DNA from: Psammoneis japonica
Taxonomy: Eukaryota
Assembly: GCA_008632985.1 (NCBI GenBank)
Contig: QPGO01000022.1
Location: forward strand, 248,001 to 312,000
DNA length: 64,000 nt
Reading direction: 5' to 3'
Shown: positions 20,519 through 30,237 of the stretch, piece after piece
How positions within the stretch are numbered: position 1 is the first letter of the stretch
Layout of the letters: every line of letters starts with the position of its first letter
Made by a program: the position numbers and the translations under genes
The notes under the pieces: model-generated
Databases searched by the model: none
What the model was told of the DNA's origin: nothing
Seen by the model: only the letters and a program-made list of their open reading frames with translations

Positions 20519-22900
20519 TTATGCGTCGGTGCTTCGTTTGTCCACTCCATGGCGTTGTCCAAATTGGTTTCGCAATATTGCAATACCAACTCCCACCAAC
20601 AGCAAGCCCACCATCACACGAAATAGGATCTGGGCGCCGGTACGAATCACAATCTGGTAACCCCAAACTGCATCTGCGCTAACCATGATGACATCAGTTG
20701 TCCCGTCTCCACTCAAGTCTGCAAGCACCGGTTTCCCAATCGGGGTTTGCGGAAAAGTCGTCATTGCCAAGAGACGTCCCTGTCCAGAAGACAGAAGGGC
20801 CATTCCATCATCACCAGTAACCAAAATTGGGCGGATAAACGGAACATTGGCCGCTTTAACGAAGTCGACCCTACCCAGATAGGGAGATGTAGCATCGTCG
20901 GCACCCCATGTAGGCAGTGACTCGTGATTTGTGATTTGGAAGATTCGCTTGCCCGATGATGGCTGGAATCGACTAATCGTCCCATGATTCATTGCGACAA
21001 CGATATCACTACCACTGTCGATCTGTCCATCCAAACGCTCTACAACAAGCGGTGGAGCAGCCTGTAGGAAACCTTCAAGAGATGGGTGGTCGCCTTGTCG
21101 CTGGCTCGGCGAGTTACTGCCGCAAACCGGAGCGGAAAACAGTTCCTCTCGTGCCGGCATACCAGACAATGCTAGTACATGACAAAGACGAGCGTTGGTA
21201 GATAGCCGATGCCTGGATTCCTTTTCCTTTTCTTCTTCATTCGCCATCGAAACACGACGCGATAAGTCTGTAACCCACTTGTCTGTGTACTCTCCTGTCA
21301 GATGATCAACAAGAGCAGAACTGTCCTCCGTTACAACCTGTACGTGGTCTAGAATTCCGTCGTGATTCAAATCGGCATAGAGGACATTGTCTAACAATGA
21401 GACGTGGCAGACTGGGCGACCATTTTTTAGCGAGAAGACACGCAGCCCGCCTTGGTGATGATTGATAATCGCATTAGGTCTCCCAAACAAGGCATTCATT
21501 TTGGGCGACTTGTGGGTTGAACCAAGCGCTGCAGGCCATTTCCTGTTCTTGTTGCTACTATTCCTTTTGCGCTTCAGGTTGCGACGAGCATGTCGATTCA
21601 AATGGGTTGCTATCAAACGCGCATCATCCGTTCCAAAATATCCATATGGCAACGCCCGGGTGGAAGGATCGAGTAGTGACTGACGATAACCAGTCAAGCA
21701 GTTGGGCGTACCGGTATCAACAGGTTGTTTCTCTGACGAAAGGGAAGGAATACGAGATCGCCGTCTCGCACCGGAGGTCGTGCCACGTATTTGTGGAATT
21801 GGCGAAATCGTTTCTGGGGTACTGTTGTTGTTTGAGGTTCCTTGCTCCCACAAGAAATCACCCTTTAATGAGTCCAGTGCCTGAATAAACGGGATGGCAT
21901 ATTCATCGGGAGTGCTGAACGACCCACCAACAATCACTACTCCATACTTTCCTTGACCATGTTTCTCGCTCGCCAAGGCGACATCCTCCGCACCCAACAT
22001 GAGCAAATCAACGTCCTCTAAGATCCAGTGGTCTTTTACATAATCTAAAAGAACGGAAGATGTCCACATTAGCCGCAGTTCCAGCCGAGACGGTGAGTGG
22101 TGTCGTTTGGACCGATGCTTGTCATGTTGCTCACTTTCCGTCAGCATGTTAGCTGTAATGCTATGAAGCGTTACAGTCCCATCTGACCAGAAGGTGGCGA
22201 TACTAGGGAGCCCTCCTCCGGGAGTGAGTTCCAGCTTGAGCTCTTCGCTCTCTTGCGTCCTATCGTATCGAAGGGCGTCGCACATGGTGTCTGCATAACA
22301 CATCATTCCCTCCGGGCATTCTCTGGATGATCCACCGGGACAATGCTGATTACAATTGTTTGTGGCATCATGCCAGTCACGACCACAGTAGTAATGGCGG
22401 GTTCGGTCTTCTGACTTGGACGAGTCCGGTTCTGGATCCTTGGCCTTTGCGTGGTGGTGGTGATGGTGTCTACGAGGCTTCACAATGATGTGTCCGGAAG
22501 TCATTTTCAGCGGCACGACCTCCTCGTCATTTCTTTCAAACGATATCGGTTTAGATTGAAAAAGAACTTTGGGTCGAAACGGGGCCATCTGGGGGCCCGA
22601 ATGGGTAGTATGAAGCGGTTTCAGATCGACAATTTCGATTGCCCACGCGTTAGAAGACGAAACCACTGTGCTGTTGAGTTGCGTAGCTAGTGCTACGGCT
22701 TCCACTGTCCCATCACCGTCAACATCAACCGGAACAGGCGGGGCGATAACCTCATCACTCGAGGATTTCCTGGACACGTAGAAGGCTAGTCGAAACGTAG
22801 CTGACAAACTTTCAGAAGCGTAGTTTTCTGTCCACGCCATACGCGTGAGAATCAGAGCCAGAAGAGCAGCCACAAAATCTCTTCCCCGAAACATTATCAA
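20519..22900 (-). CDS. FG-GAP repeat type-I membrane protein similar to plant NERD1 (At3g51050 family), 793 aa
   Basis: N-terminal hydrophobic signal, PPVPVDVDGDGTVE, PNAIINHHQGGLRVFSLKNGRPVCHVSL..YADLNHDGILDHVQ, PVLADLSGDGTTDVI, and a C-terminal TM helix. Confidence 0.8.
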   Translation of the reverse strand: MIMFRGRDFVAALLALILTRMAWTENYASESLSATFRLAFYVSRKSSSDEVIAPPVPVDVDGDGTVEAVALATQLNSTVVSSSNAWAIEIVDLKPLHTTHSGPQMAPFRPKVLFQSKPISFERNDEEVVPLKMTSGHIIVKPRRHHHHHHAKAKDPEPDSSKSEDRTRHYYCGRDWHDATNNCNQHCPGGSSRECPEGMMCYADTMCDALRYDRTQESEELKLELTPGGGLPSIATFWSDGTVTLHSITANMLTESEQHDKHRSKRHHSPSRLELRLMWTSSVLLDYVKDHWILEDVDLLMLGAEDVALASEKHGQGKYGVVIVGGSFSTPDEYAIPFIQALDSLKGDFLWEQGTSNNNSTPETISPIPQIRGTTSGARRRSRIPSLSSEKQPVDTGTPNCLTGYRQSLLDPSTRALPYGYFGTDDARLIATHLNRHARRNLKRKRNSSNKNRKWPAALGSTHKSPKMNALFGRPNAIINHHQGGLRVFSLKNGRPVCHVSLLDNVLYADLNHDGILDHVQVVTEDSSALVDHLTGEYTDKWVTDLSRRVSMANEEEKEKESRHRLSTNARLCHVLALSGMPAREELFSAPVCGSNSPSQRQGDHPSLEGFLQAAPPLVVERLDGQIDSGSDIVVAMNHGTISRFQPSSGKRIFQITNHESLPTWGADDATSPYLGRVDFVKAANVPFIRPILVTGDDGMALLSSGQGRLLAMTTFPQTPIGKPVLADLSGDGTTDVIMVSADAVWGYQIVIRTGAQILFRVMVGLLLVGVGIAILRNQFGQRHGVDKRSTDA

Positions 22901-23211
22901 ATTTTGAAATCAAAATCCTATTTATAAAAAGATTTCGACAGGAATAGTGACAAGCCGATTCGTTTGCGCTGGTGATCTTGTCTTCGAAACACAACCTCAA
23001 ACCTCAAGTGAAATCTTGCCTGTGATCTTCGGGGTGTGACGGACTGACGATGAATCGCGTCACGTACCGCCGTAGGCGGGCCCTAGAGAGTAGCTACTAT
23101 CATAGGCCCTACCTACTACACCCGCCAACTCATCAACTCCAAACTCTTCTTTCGTCGTCGTCGTGTCTGCGGTCATCTCAAACACATCAACGGCTTGGTT
23201 TCACAACGGTG

Positions 23212-23964
23212 ATGTTAGCTCGATTATTGACCGCTTGGTTTGTTGTTGCAATTTCTCTGGATTGCTCGCACTGTGTTCTGGGGTTTCAATTTCCCTTCGT
23301 CGACAACGCACCAGGACGAACCGCTGCTTTGGAATTGGAAGACAAGCTGTTGTCATGCATCGATCGTCGTTTGAGCAATTCAGACGAAATTTCGAGACTT
23401 GTGAAGGAGCTCGAAGGAACTCCTTCCATTCCTAACCCGGCAATTGCAAACGAAATTTACGGAAAGTGGAGGCTAATCCACACCACGAATGCCGACACGT
23501 CAAGTCCTATCCAGAGGAAAGCCGTAGACTCGATTCAGTATCCAATTTTTCAAAACGTCCTTGTCAACGAAGACAACCAGTTGGTTGTGAGCCAAGTTGT
23601 CAAGTTTAGTGATACGTCAGAGTTGTGCGTAGACGCCTTGGCTTCGACTTCAGTTTATCCTCTCGAAGAGTTGACGCAGCGCAAATCAACCGGGAAAATC
23701 ATGGGATTAAATGTATTGGGTGTGTCCCTTGTCGGGGATGAAGCAGTCCCTGATCCAAAAAGGCCGGACTCTAGAATCGATTTCGTCTTTGACGAAGGGA
23801 AATTTGACTTTGGAGCTTTTAAATTGCCCTACCCTGTGCCTTTTCGAAATCCTCTCTTTCGTGATTGGGTGAAAGGTTGGATTGATATTACCTATCTGTC
23901 AGAACGTGTTCGTATATCTCGAGGAAATAAGGGTACAACGTTTGTATTGGTTAAAGAAGAATAG
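23212..23964 (+). CDS. Plastid lipid-associated protein (PAP/fibrillin family) with bipartite plastid presequence
   Basis: Signal peptide MLARLL...CVLG|FQF, IYGKWRLIHTT, and C-terminal KGWIDITYLSERVRISRGNKGTTFVL typical of fibrillins. The ORF extends upstream to 23050, but ATG 23212 fits the signal peptide. Confidence 0.85.
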   Translation: MLARLLTAWFVVAISLDCSHCVLGFQFPFVDNAPGRTAALELEDKLLSCIDRRLSNSDEISRLVKELEGTPSIPNPAIANEIYGKWRLIHTTNADTSSPIQRKAVDSIQYPIFQNVLVNEDNQLVVSQVVKFSDTSELCVDALASTSVYPLEELTQRKSTGKIMGLNVLGVSLVGDEAVPDPKRPDSRIDFVFDEGKFDFGAFKLPYPVPFRNPLFRDWVKGWIDITYLSERVRISRGNKGTTFVLVKEE

Positions 23965-24144
23965 ATGGCAAGACCTCCATTTTTTTCTGACAAGACGCTG
24001 GAATTGCTGCGTTCCTACTTCTATCATCGACTACTACTAGTTTTATTTCGATTCGATAATACCGTACTGTAGCTGTAACCGACGTCTTCGACTCAAGCAT
24101 GTCTCTGACCTTGCAATTATTTGACTCTTTCGAACGTTTAAACT

Positions 24145-24240
24145 AGAGGGCCCTCTCTACTAGAGTGGCTACCCTCTACTACTACTAGCTCTCTACTCTC
24201 TAGAGTAGAGCTCTAGCTAGAGTAGAGAGTAGAGAGAGGA
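24145..24240. repeat. CTA/TAG/AGAG low-complexity intergenic tract
   Basis: ctctactactactagctctctactctctagagtagagctctagctagagtagagagtagagagag; similar tracts at 8-45 and 17722-17755. Confidence 0.7.
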
Positions 24241-24349
24241 ATACCGTCCGACACCAGGTTACAGTAGCAGGAAGACCCGCCGGACGACAGACGAGCGATA
24301 GATAGCCGCCTATCGCCTTTTTGTGACATGCGACACAAAAGCTAACACC

Positions 24350-26031
24350 ATGGCGCCCGCGGCTGAAGAAGACGACGACGCACGGCATAGACGGGAAGAA
24401 GCGGAGCGTAAGGCGAAACGCAAGGTGAGATCATTCTGGAATTTCACCAGCATGTCCCACGAAACTTCGTCACGCGATCTGAACTCTGCTTAATTTTCTT
24501 CTCGCAGGCTGCTCGCATCTCGAAAGGAACAGGTCAATCTGAAAAGGCACTCAAGCGGCGTGAGCACACGCAGCGTATCTTAAACGAGCAAAATCAACAG
24601 AAGAAGGCAAAGAGCGTACCGGCGGCACCATCCCCTCATAAGACCGAAGATTCATCGGTCTTTGAAGCCCTTTTTGCCCAACGTGCCCAAGGGTTTCGTA
24701 TCGATTTCGGCTTTCGCAACGCACCACCCCGGCCTCCGGTGGGTCCTTACTTTGTCGGACTTGGATTAGAGGGTGAACTTCACGAGAAATGGACTCAGTA
24801 CATGCCGTTGAACTCGGTGGAAGCGAGCTATGCATGGAAGCTCCACTCTGAACCGGACTTGGGTGTTCCGCTTGCTCCCTCGGCCATGGACGTGAGTTGC
24901 TACCACGATCCGACCCAGAAGAACCGCTCGAAATCAAAAATCAGCACTCATCTGGTACCAGAAGACTCAGCAGATACTTCGCAGGGGCCTCCTCCTATCC
25001 ACCCTGACGACGAAGCCTTGCTTCAATGGGAGGGTCCGATGGGAGACACTGCTGCTGAAGAACTAAAGGCTCGAAGGGATAGAGCCCGCGCCGCAGCTCG
25101 ACTGGCTCTGGCAGGCAAATCGTTGACGCCCGTTTCGAAGGAAGCAACACTCCAGCGTACTACAAAATCATCGAAAAAGGCACATTCTCGAGTTTTGGAC
25201 GAAAACATGCAGAGCTGGATGAAGAAGACGACGTACCTGTCGAATGACTATTCTCGCAGAGTCCACGCCTTTACGTCTCTCGCTCAAACCAAGGAGAAGA
25301 CTGCTCAGGATTTGGAGGCAAAACAAAGCGCAATACAAGAAAAAAGATCTGCCAACGCCGTCTCTAGATCCTTCGAAGCATGCTTGCCTGTAAAGGGAAC
25401 AAGACAGCACCCTACCAAGCGGCATTTGAAGCCTGTTGCAGACTTGCCCCTCTTACCGAACGTAGATCAGTGGGGGCAGGCATACACGCATGTCGTCATT
25501 GATAACCCACCCAAGGAATTGGGAAGTGACGTTGCTAGCACGGAGCTTATTCAAAAGCTGGACAAGGCGTTTGTGACTAACGTTGAAATGTCGCAAGACA
25601 ATTCTCGCATGTCCTGCCAGTTACTCGCACCCTTTACTGAAGAAAAAGAGCAACTATTTCGCTCTGTACAGCTGTACGACTTGGACGTGGTGCCGCTTAA
25701 GGAGGAAGATGTACCTCATGTGAATTTCGCCTTTTGGCTCAATCCATCGGCTGGTACAGCCACTTTCCTACCTATTTCTTCGCGAGTACAGTTGTCGACG
25801 GGGCGACCCGCACCGATTCACCCGGGCCACTTTGTTCAGAAGGAACCCATGAGTGCAGAAGATACAAAAGAAATGGAGCTGCGGGTAGCAGAGGTGGACG
25901 CTGATCTTGCCGAAAAGCACAAGGACACAGCACGTCTAATTGATGATGAGGATGACGTCGAGCCCAATGTCGACAGCCTTCCTCCCGAAAGCAAAGATAC
26001 CACCGGCGAGGAAGAGAACGAGGCGTTTTAG
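24350..26031 (+). CDS. PAF1: RNA polymerase II-associated factor 1 (Paf1); exons 24350-24424 and 24508-26031
   Basis: FRIDFGFRNAPPRPP, LHSEPDLGVPL, IHPDDEALL, WMKKTTYLS, HPTKRHLKPVADLPLLPN. In-frame GT-AG intron 24425-24507. Confidence 0.85.
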
Positions 26032-26206
26032 ACTAATCAAACGCCCACTCTAGTTGTCGCTGAGTAGTTGGAGTGGAGGGGTTACGCATCGCTTCTGCGG
26101 TCTAGAAAAACGTAGCTTACATGAATTTGTGGTAACGCTGTAATTGAATGATGAGCCAAAATGTCTAATTGTGCAATCAATTGTGAGTTTCAAAGTCTAC
26201 CCACTT

Positions 26207-27680
26207 CTACATGAAAGAATCATTTACGTTTTGGTTTGTGTGTCGATTCTGAGCCACTCTTGAAGCCAGTGTAATCTTTGAGGATCTTTGATGAACTTCA
26301 TTAAGAAAAGCTGCTTCCCTCTTTTCTGGACAACGTTCTTCCTCCGCTCCAGATTGCGCCTTTCGGGAAGCCGCCTTGTAGAGAAACGCATCTCGCTGGT
26401 CTGCACTGGTTTGCATATCACGCAGCGCAGCCGCCCTTTCATGGTCAGTCATACGACTACGAGTTGAAGTCTTCTTACGAGCAATCCGTCTTGCTGATTC
26501 CTGCTCCTGGCGTTTCTTGTCCAGTAAGTCCTTACGAGGTCCCAGATCACCACCACCACTACTTCTTCCTGATGAGCTTGCGGTGCCTTGAAGTCCATAG
26601 CCACTCGGTCTTCCCATATCTACCTCGTGACCAGGGGAACGGTAGCATGTCTTGCGATCTCGTCCGTGTCGCAACCTTTCGTCCTTCCCGTAGCTATCCT
26701 CACTCGAATATGAATGATGTAAAGGTCTGTCGTACCTTTGTCGTTCTCTGCTATAGCTTCTCGAACGACGTCTACGACGATCGCGGGAACTGTGGTCACG
26801 GTACTCTCGGTCACGATCCGATCGCCGAGACTCTCTGTCTCGACTGCGACTTCGACTTCGAGATCTACGCCGGCGTTTCTAAAGTAGCAATCAAAGAAAG
26901 GCGATTGATTGAGGCATGCCTGAGTGATAACTGAAGAAATAATTGATAACTTACCCTTTCACCATCATCATCCGCTTCGCTTTTAAGAGCTCGGGCTCGT
27001 TTACGCTGGCGTTTGCGCTCCTTCTTTGCTTCTCTACGAGCAGACTTGTGAGATTTTCGGTCATCTCTACTGCGACCTGAACGAGTATGCGCATCACCTG
27101 TGCCAACCACGCGCTCATAAAGTGCTTTCTTTTTCTCGATTTGTACGTTCTTTTCCCTCTGCTTTTGACTCACCGCAAACATTGGGTCTTCATGACGCAT
27201 TCGGAACGATTCATTGCGATCTGCGACACTCGGGCCTTCATCATAAGCTGTAGCAATAGAGGCTGCGGCTTCTATAGGTGGCGGAGCACTTGTTCCGGGA
27301 TCTAGCGGAGGTCCTCTAACGATAGTGTTGATTCCGGTGTCCCCCCCCTCCTCAAAGTCTCCACCTTTCCCCCCTCCTGATGGAACATACTCTTTCCCCA
27401 ATAGGTATTCCTCTGCTTGCTTTTTCGCTTCTTCCTGCGCCGCTTCCCCTGTGCCGCCCTGATACATCCAATCAATGCCCCGATCAAGCCTGTTGCTCTT
27501 CCTACCTGATATTCGATCTAGCTCCTCTTCTTCTCGTTCTTGGGCGATTTGTCTTGCCAATTCTTTCGTCTTTGACTCCTCTGCAGCTTTTTGCTGTTCG
27601 GCCATCCAGACCTTTTCTTGGTTCGCCAAGTTCTTTGTATGCCATGATTTCTTGGAAAGGAAAGCGAGACCTTGCACCAT
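26207..27680 (-). CDS. CWC25: Pre-mRNA splicing factor CWC25 (Cir_N domain), 2 exons (intron ~26954-26879)
   Basis: GLAFLSKKSWHTKNLANQEKVWMAEQ, IDWMYQG, EEYLLGK, RHEDPMF, an RS-rich second exon, and C-terminal L.SRV..NRHT.Q. Confidence 0.9.
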
Positions 27681-29492
27681 GATTCTTTGTAGGCCCAGTG
27701 TCCTTTACCTCTGGTATAAATGCTTTGCGTTGAATGGTAGGGTGTACGGTGTACGGTACGGTAGGGTGTCGATGCGACAGCACGGAGCACGGAGACATCC
27801 AACTTGTGTCGTGTGTCGTCGTGGGGTGCCGTGTTCCGTGCGCGTGATGTTGGCGGTACTGAAGGTACGCGCCCTGTGCACTTATGGAGCCCGACGAGGA
27901 GGGTTCGGCCCCGCCGAACCCGACGAGAAGGGTCCAAGCAACGAGGTGGAGACCGACGAGGCGGGTTGCACAATGGCGAGAACGACCCACAGCTTGTCGT
28001 GTGGCCTTCTCGTCGGGCTGATTTGCAACCCAACGAGAAGGTCGTAACCGAGGCGCGTTGAGTGCACACGGGAGCGTATATAGGGTCTCCCGCTGTGAGG
28101 ATTTTATATATATAATTCGACCGTTAACTACTTAGGGAGAGCTTTCATGTGCAAGACTGAAGTACCAAAGTATGCAAAGAGTACTTTTGTACTGCAGGTT
28201 TACTTATTGGCGACGGTTTTTGGTGCCGACTGGCAGTCGCGCAATCATTCAAAACTATTAACGCTATATATGATATTTAATTCAAACTTATATATTATAT
28301 GCATCTCAGCACCTAAAGCCGTTATTACGATCGAAATTCAAAAACGTTGGTGGGATTGATTCAAATCGACCACGTAGAATTATACATATTGGTATAGTTT
28401 AACGGCAGAATCCCTGTAGTCTACATAGAGACAGTAAAGGTTCTACTTACAACCCTTCTACACGATTTTAATACTGACGTACATTTGTGTACATTTTGTA
28501 CCGAGAAATTTTGTTCGACTCCGAACGGTGCGCGGTCGAGTTGATGGCTCATAATTTTTCCGAGCGGCCGATCGACAACCACCGCTCCCTCCGACAATGG
28601 CGCTTTTGGCCGATTTGACCGTACGACACCGCCTCCCGACCCCTACCTTGCTTGACAGTGTCATGCGCCATTGGGTCTTGCCATGTGAGTGAGCCACGGC
28701 TCTAGAATGGGTCAGAATGACTCAAAATGTGGTGAGCTCTGATTCTCGCGGAATCAAGTCTCGTTTTCCCCCGTTCTCGTTCGCAATGGCGCTCACCTTG
28801 AACCTCCTTGTCCCGCATCTTGATGCATGGGACTCGAAGATGGGGATGTCAAAGTCCATGGGTCTGCACCGTCGCCGTCACCGTTTTTGGCTCCGTCGCC
28901 GTTCCACCACGGCGCGCTGCTTCTGCTGCCCCGGTCCATGCCGTCCTGCCATGGCGCTGCCTCCGTTCTCCAAGCTACTGCCACAAGTTTTATGGACTGG
29001 ACGAGTCACTCGATCCCAAGCGCTGACTTTCCACCATTGCTCATGCCGATCTGCCGCCTGCTTTTGTCGTCCTGCTCCGTGGAGCCAGCAGACTCTCTTT
29101 CATCTGACGTTCCTCCCGCCGTTGACGATCCAGGCACCCCAAGTTTTGACCCTGCTGGTGAGTTTCTATTGGTCGTTTGCTCGTTGTTGCATTGCATTTG
29201 CAGAAAAGTGTGTTCTCACCTCCTTGTGTTGTTCCATGTCACCGCAGATGTGGTCATTTTGCAGGCGCTGGTGCCTTGCTTCTTTGTGCAAGTTTTTGTG
29301 CGTGCCAATGTCTTCTTGCTTTGTTCTTTTTATTGAAGACATGGTGCTAACTCAAACAGATCTTTCCTCTCTTTTGCGCCCTTGCAATGTCATTGGATTG
29401 CTCTCCTTGCGTCTCTCTCCGGCACTTGCATCATTGTCGGTCTCTTCGCTCGTGCTTCGCTCGCGTCGTCTCTTCTCCACGCTCGTTTCCCC

Positions 29493-29803
29493 TACTACAA
29501 ATTGCAAGACAATTGCGCGATTCACGTGCCCGAAGGTGGAACATCGTTGCCCGAAGCAACATTCTCCCTTCGCGCAGATGTCATTTCTACGTATGATGTG
29601 GTATCAAAATTTTCATTTTGGTCGTCTAAATCGTCCCAGTCATTTCATCAAATGACCTTGTGGTACTCTCCTACGTGATCTACGCAAATCGGAGCTTCGG
29701 GCTGGCTGGTACATTTTCTACAGGCTCTACGTGCGCGAAGCTCGAATTTCAACAATCACCCTTCGGGCACGTGAATCGCGCAATTGTCTTGCAATTCGTA
29801 GTA
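29493..29803. mobile_element. MITE-like non-autonomous DNA transposon, ~310 bp, ~42-44 bp TIRs, flanked by TA
   Basis: Left arm TActacaaattgcaagacaattgcgcgattcacgtgcccgaagg. Right arm ccttcgggcacgtgaatcgcgcaattgtcttgcaattcgtagTA is its reverse complement with one mismatch. Confidence 0.8.
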
Positions 29804-30237
29804 ATGTTTGTACGTACGTAATTTCTACATAAATGCCTCATATATAGAGTACCAAAATACTACCAAATTACATAGTAACGGCCGTTAACGGTTTTTAGAA
29901 TTACTTAGGCCCACCCACACTCGAGCAGTGGGAGTCCCGCAGGGGCGGGCACAGCCAGCCAGGTTCCTGCGCGCGCCACGTCATTGACTTTCGCTTCGAA
30001 TGCATGACAGGCGCTGACTTTGTTTAGATTGAGTCGATTGATTCGTCTTGGCGGGAAGAACGTCTCTCCTTCTTTTTGAGACGACCCCCGGGCAAGAACA
30101 AAGAAAAAAAGGCAGCTGTGTTGTGCCACATCCAGATTAATCGCGACGCGAAGATTTCGACAGCTGACGACATCATCAGAACACCCAGATACGGTACATC
30201 TTATTGGAAGAATGCAACAAGCCAAGCCGTTTTCAAG

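Noticed and set aside
27475..28069. Overlapping 160-190 aa ORFs upstream of CWC25
   Set aside because: GC-rich promoter-side sequence, open in several frames, with no domain signal.
28717..29655. 312-aa ORF as a real gene
   Set aside because: No recognisable domain, compositionally skewed, and it runs into the MITE arm.
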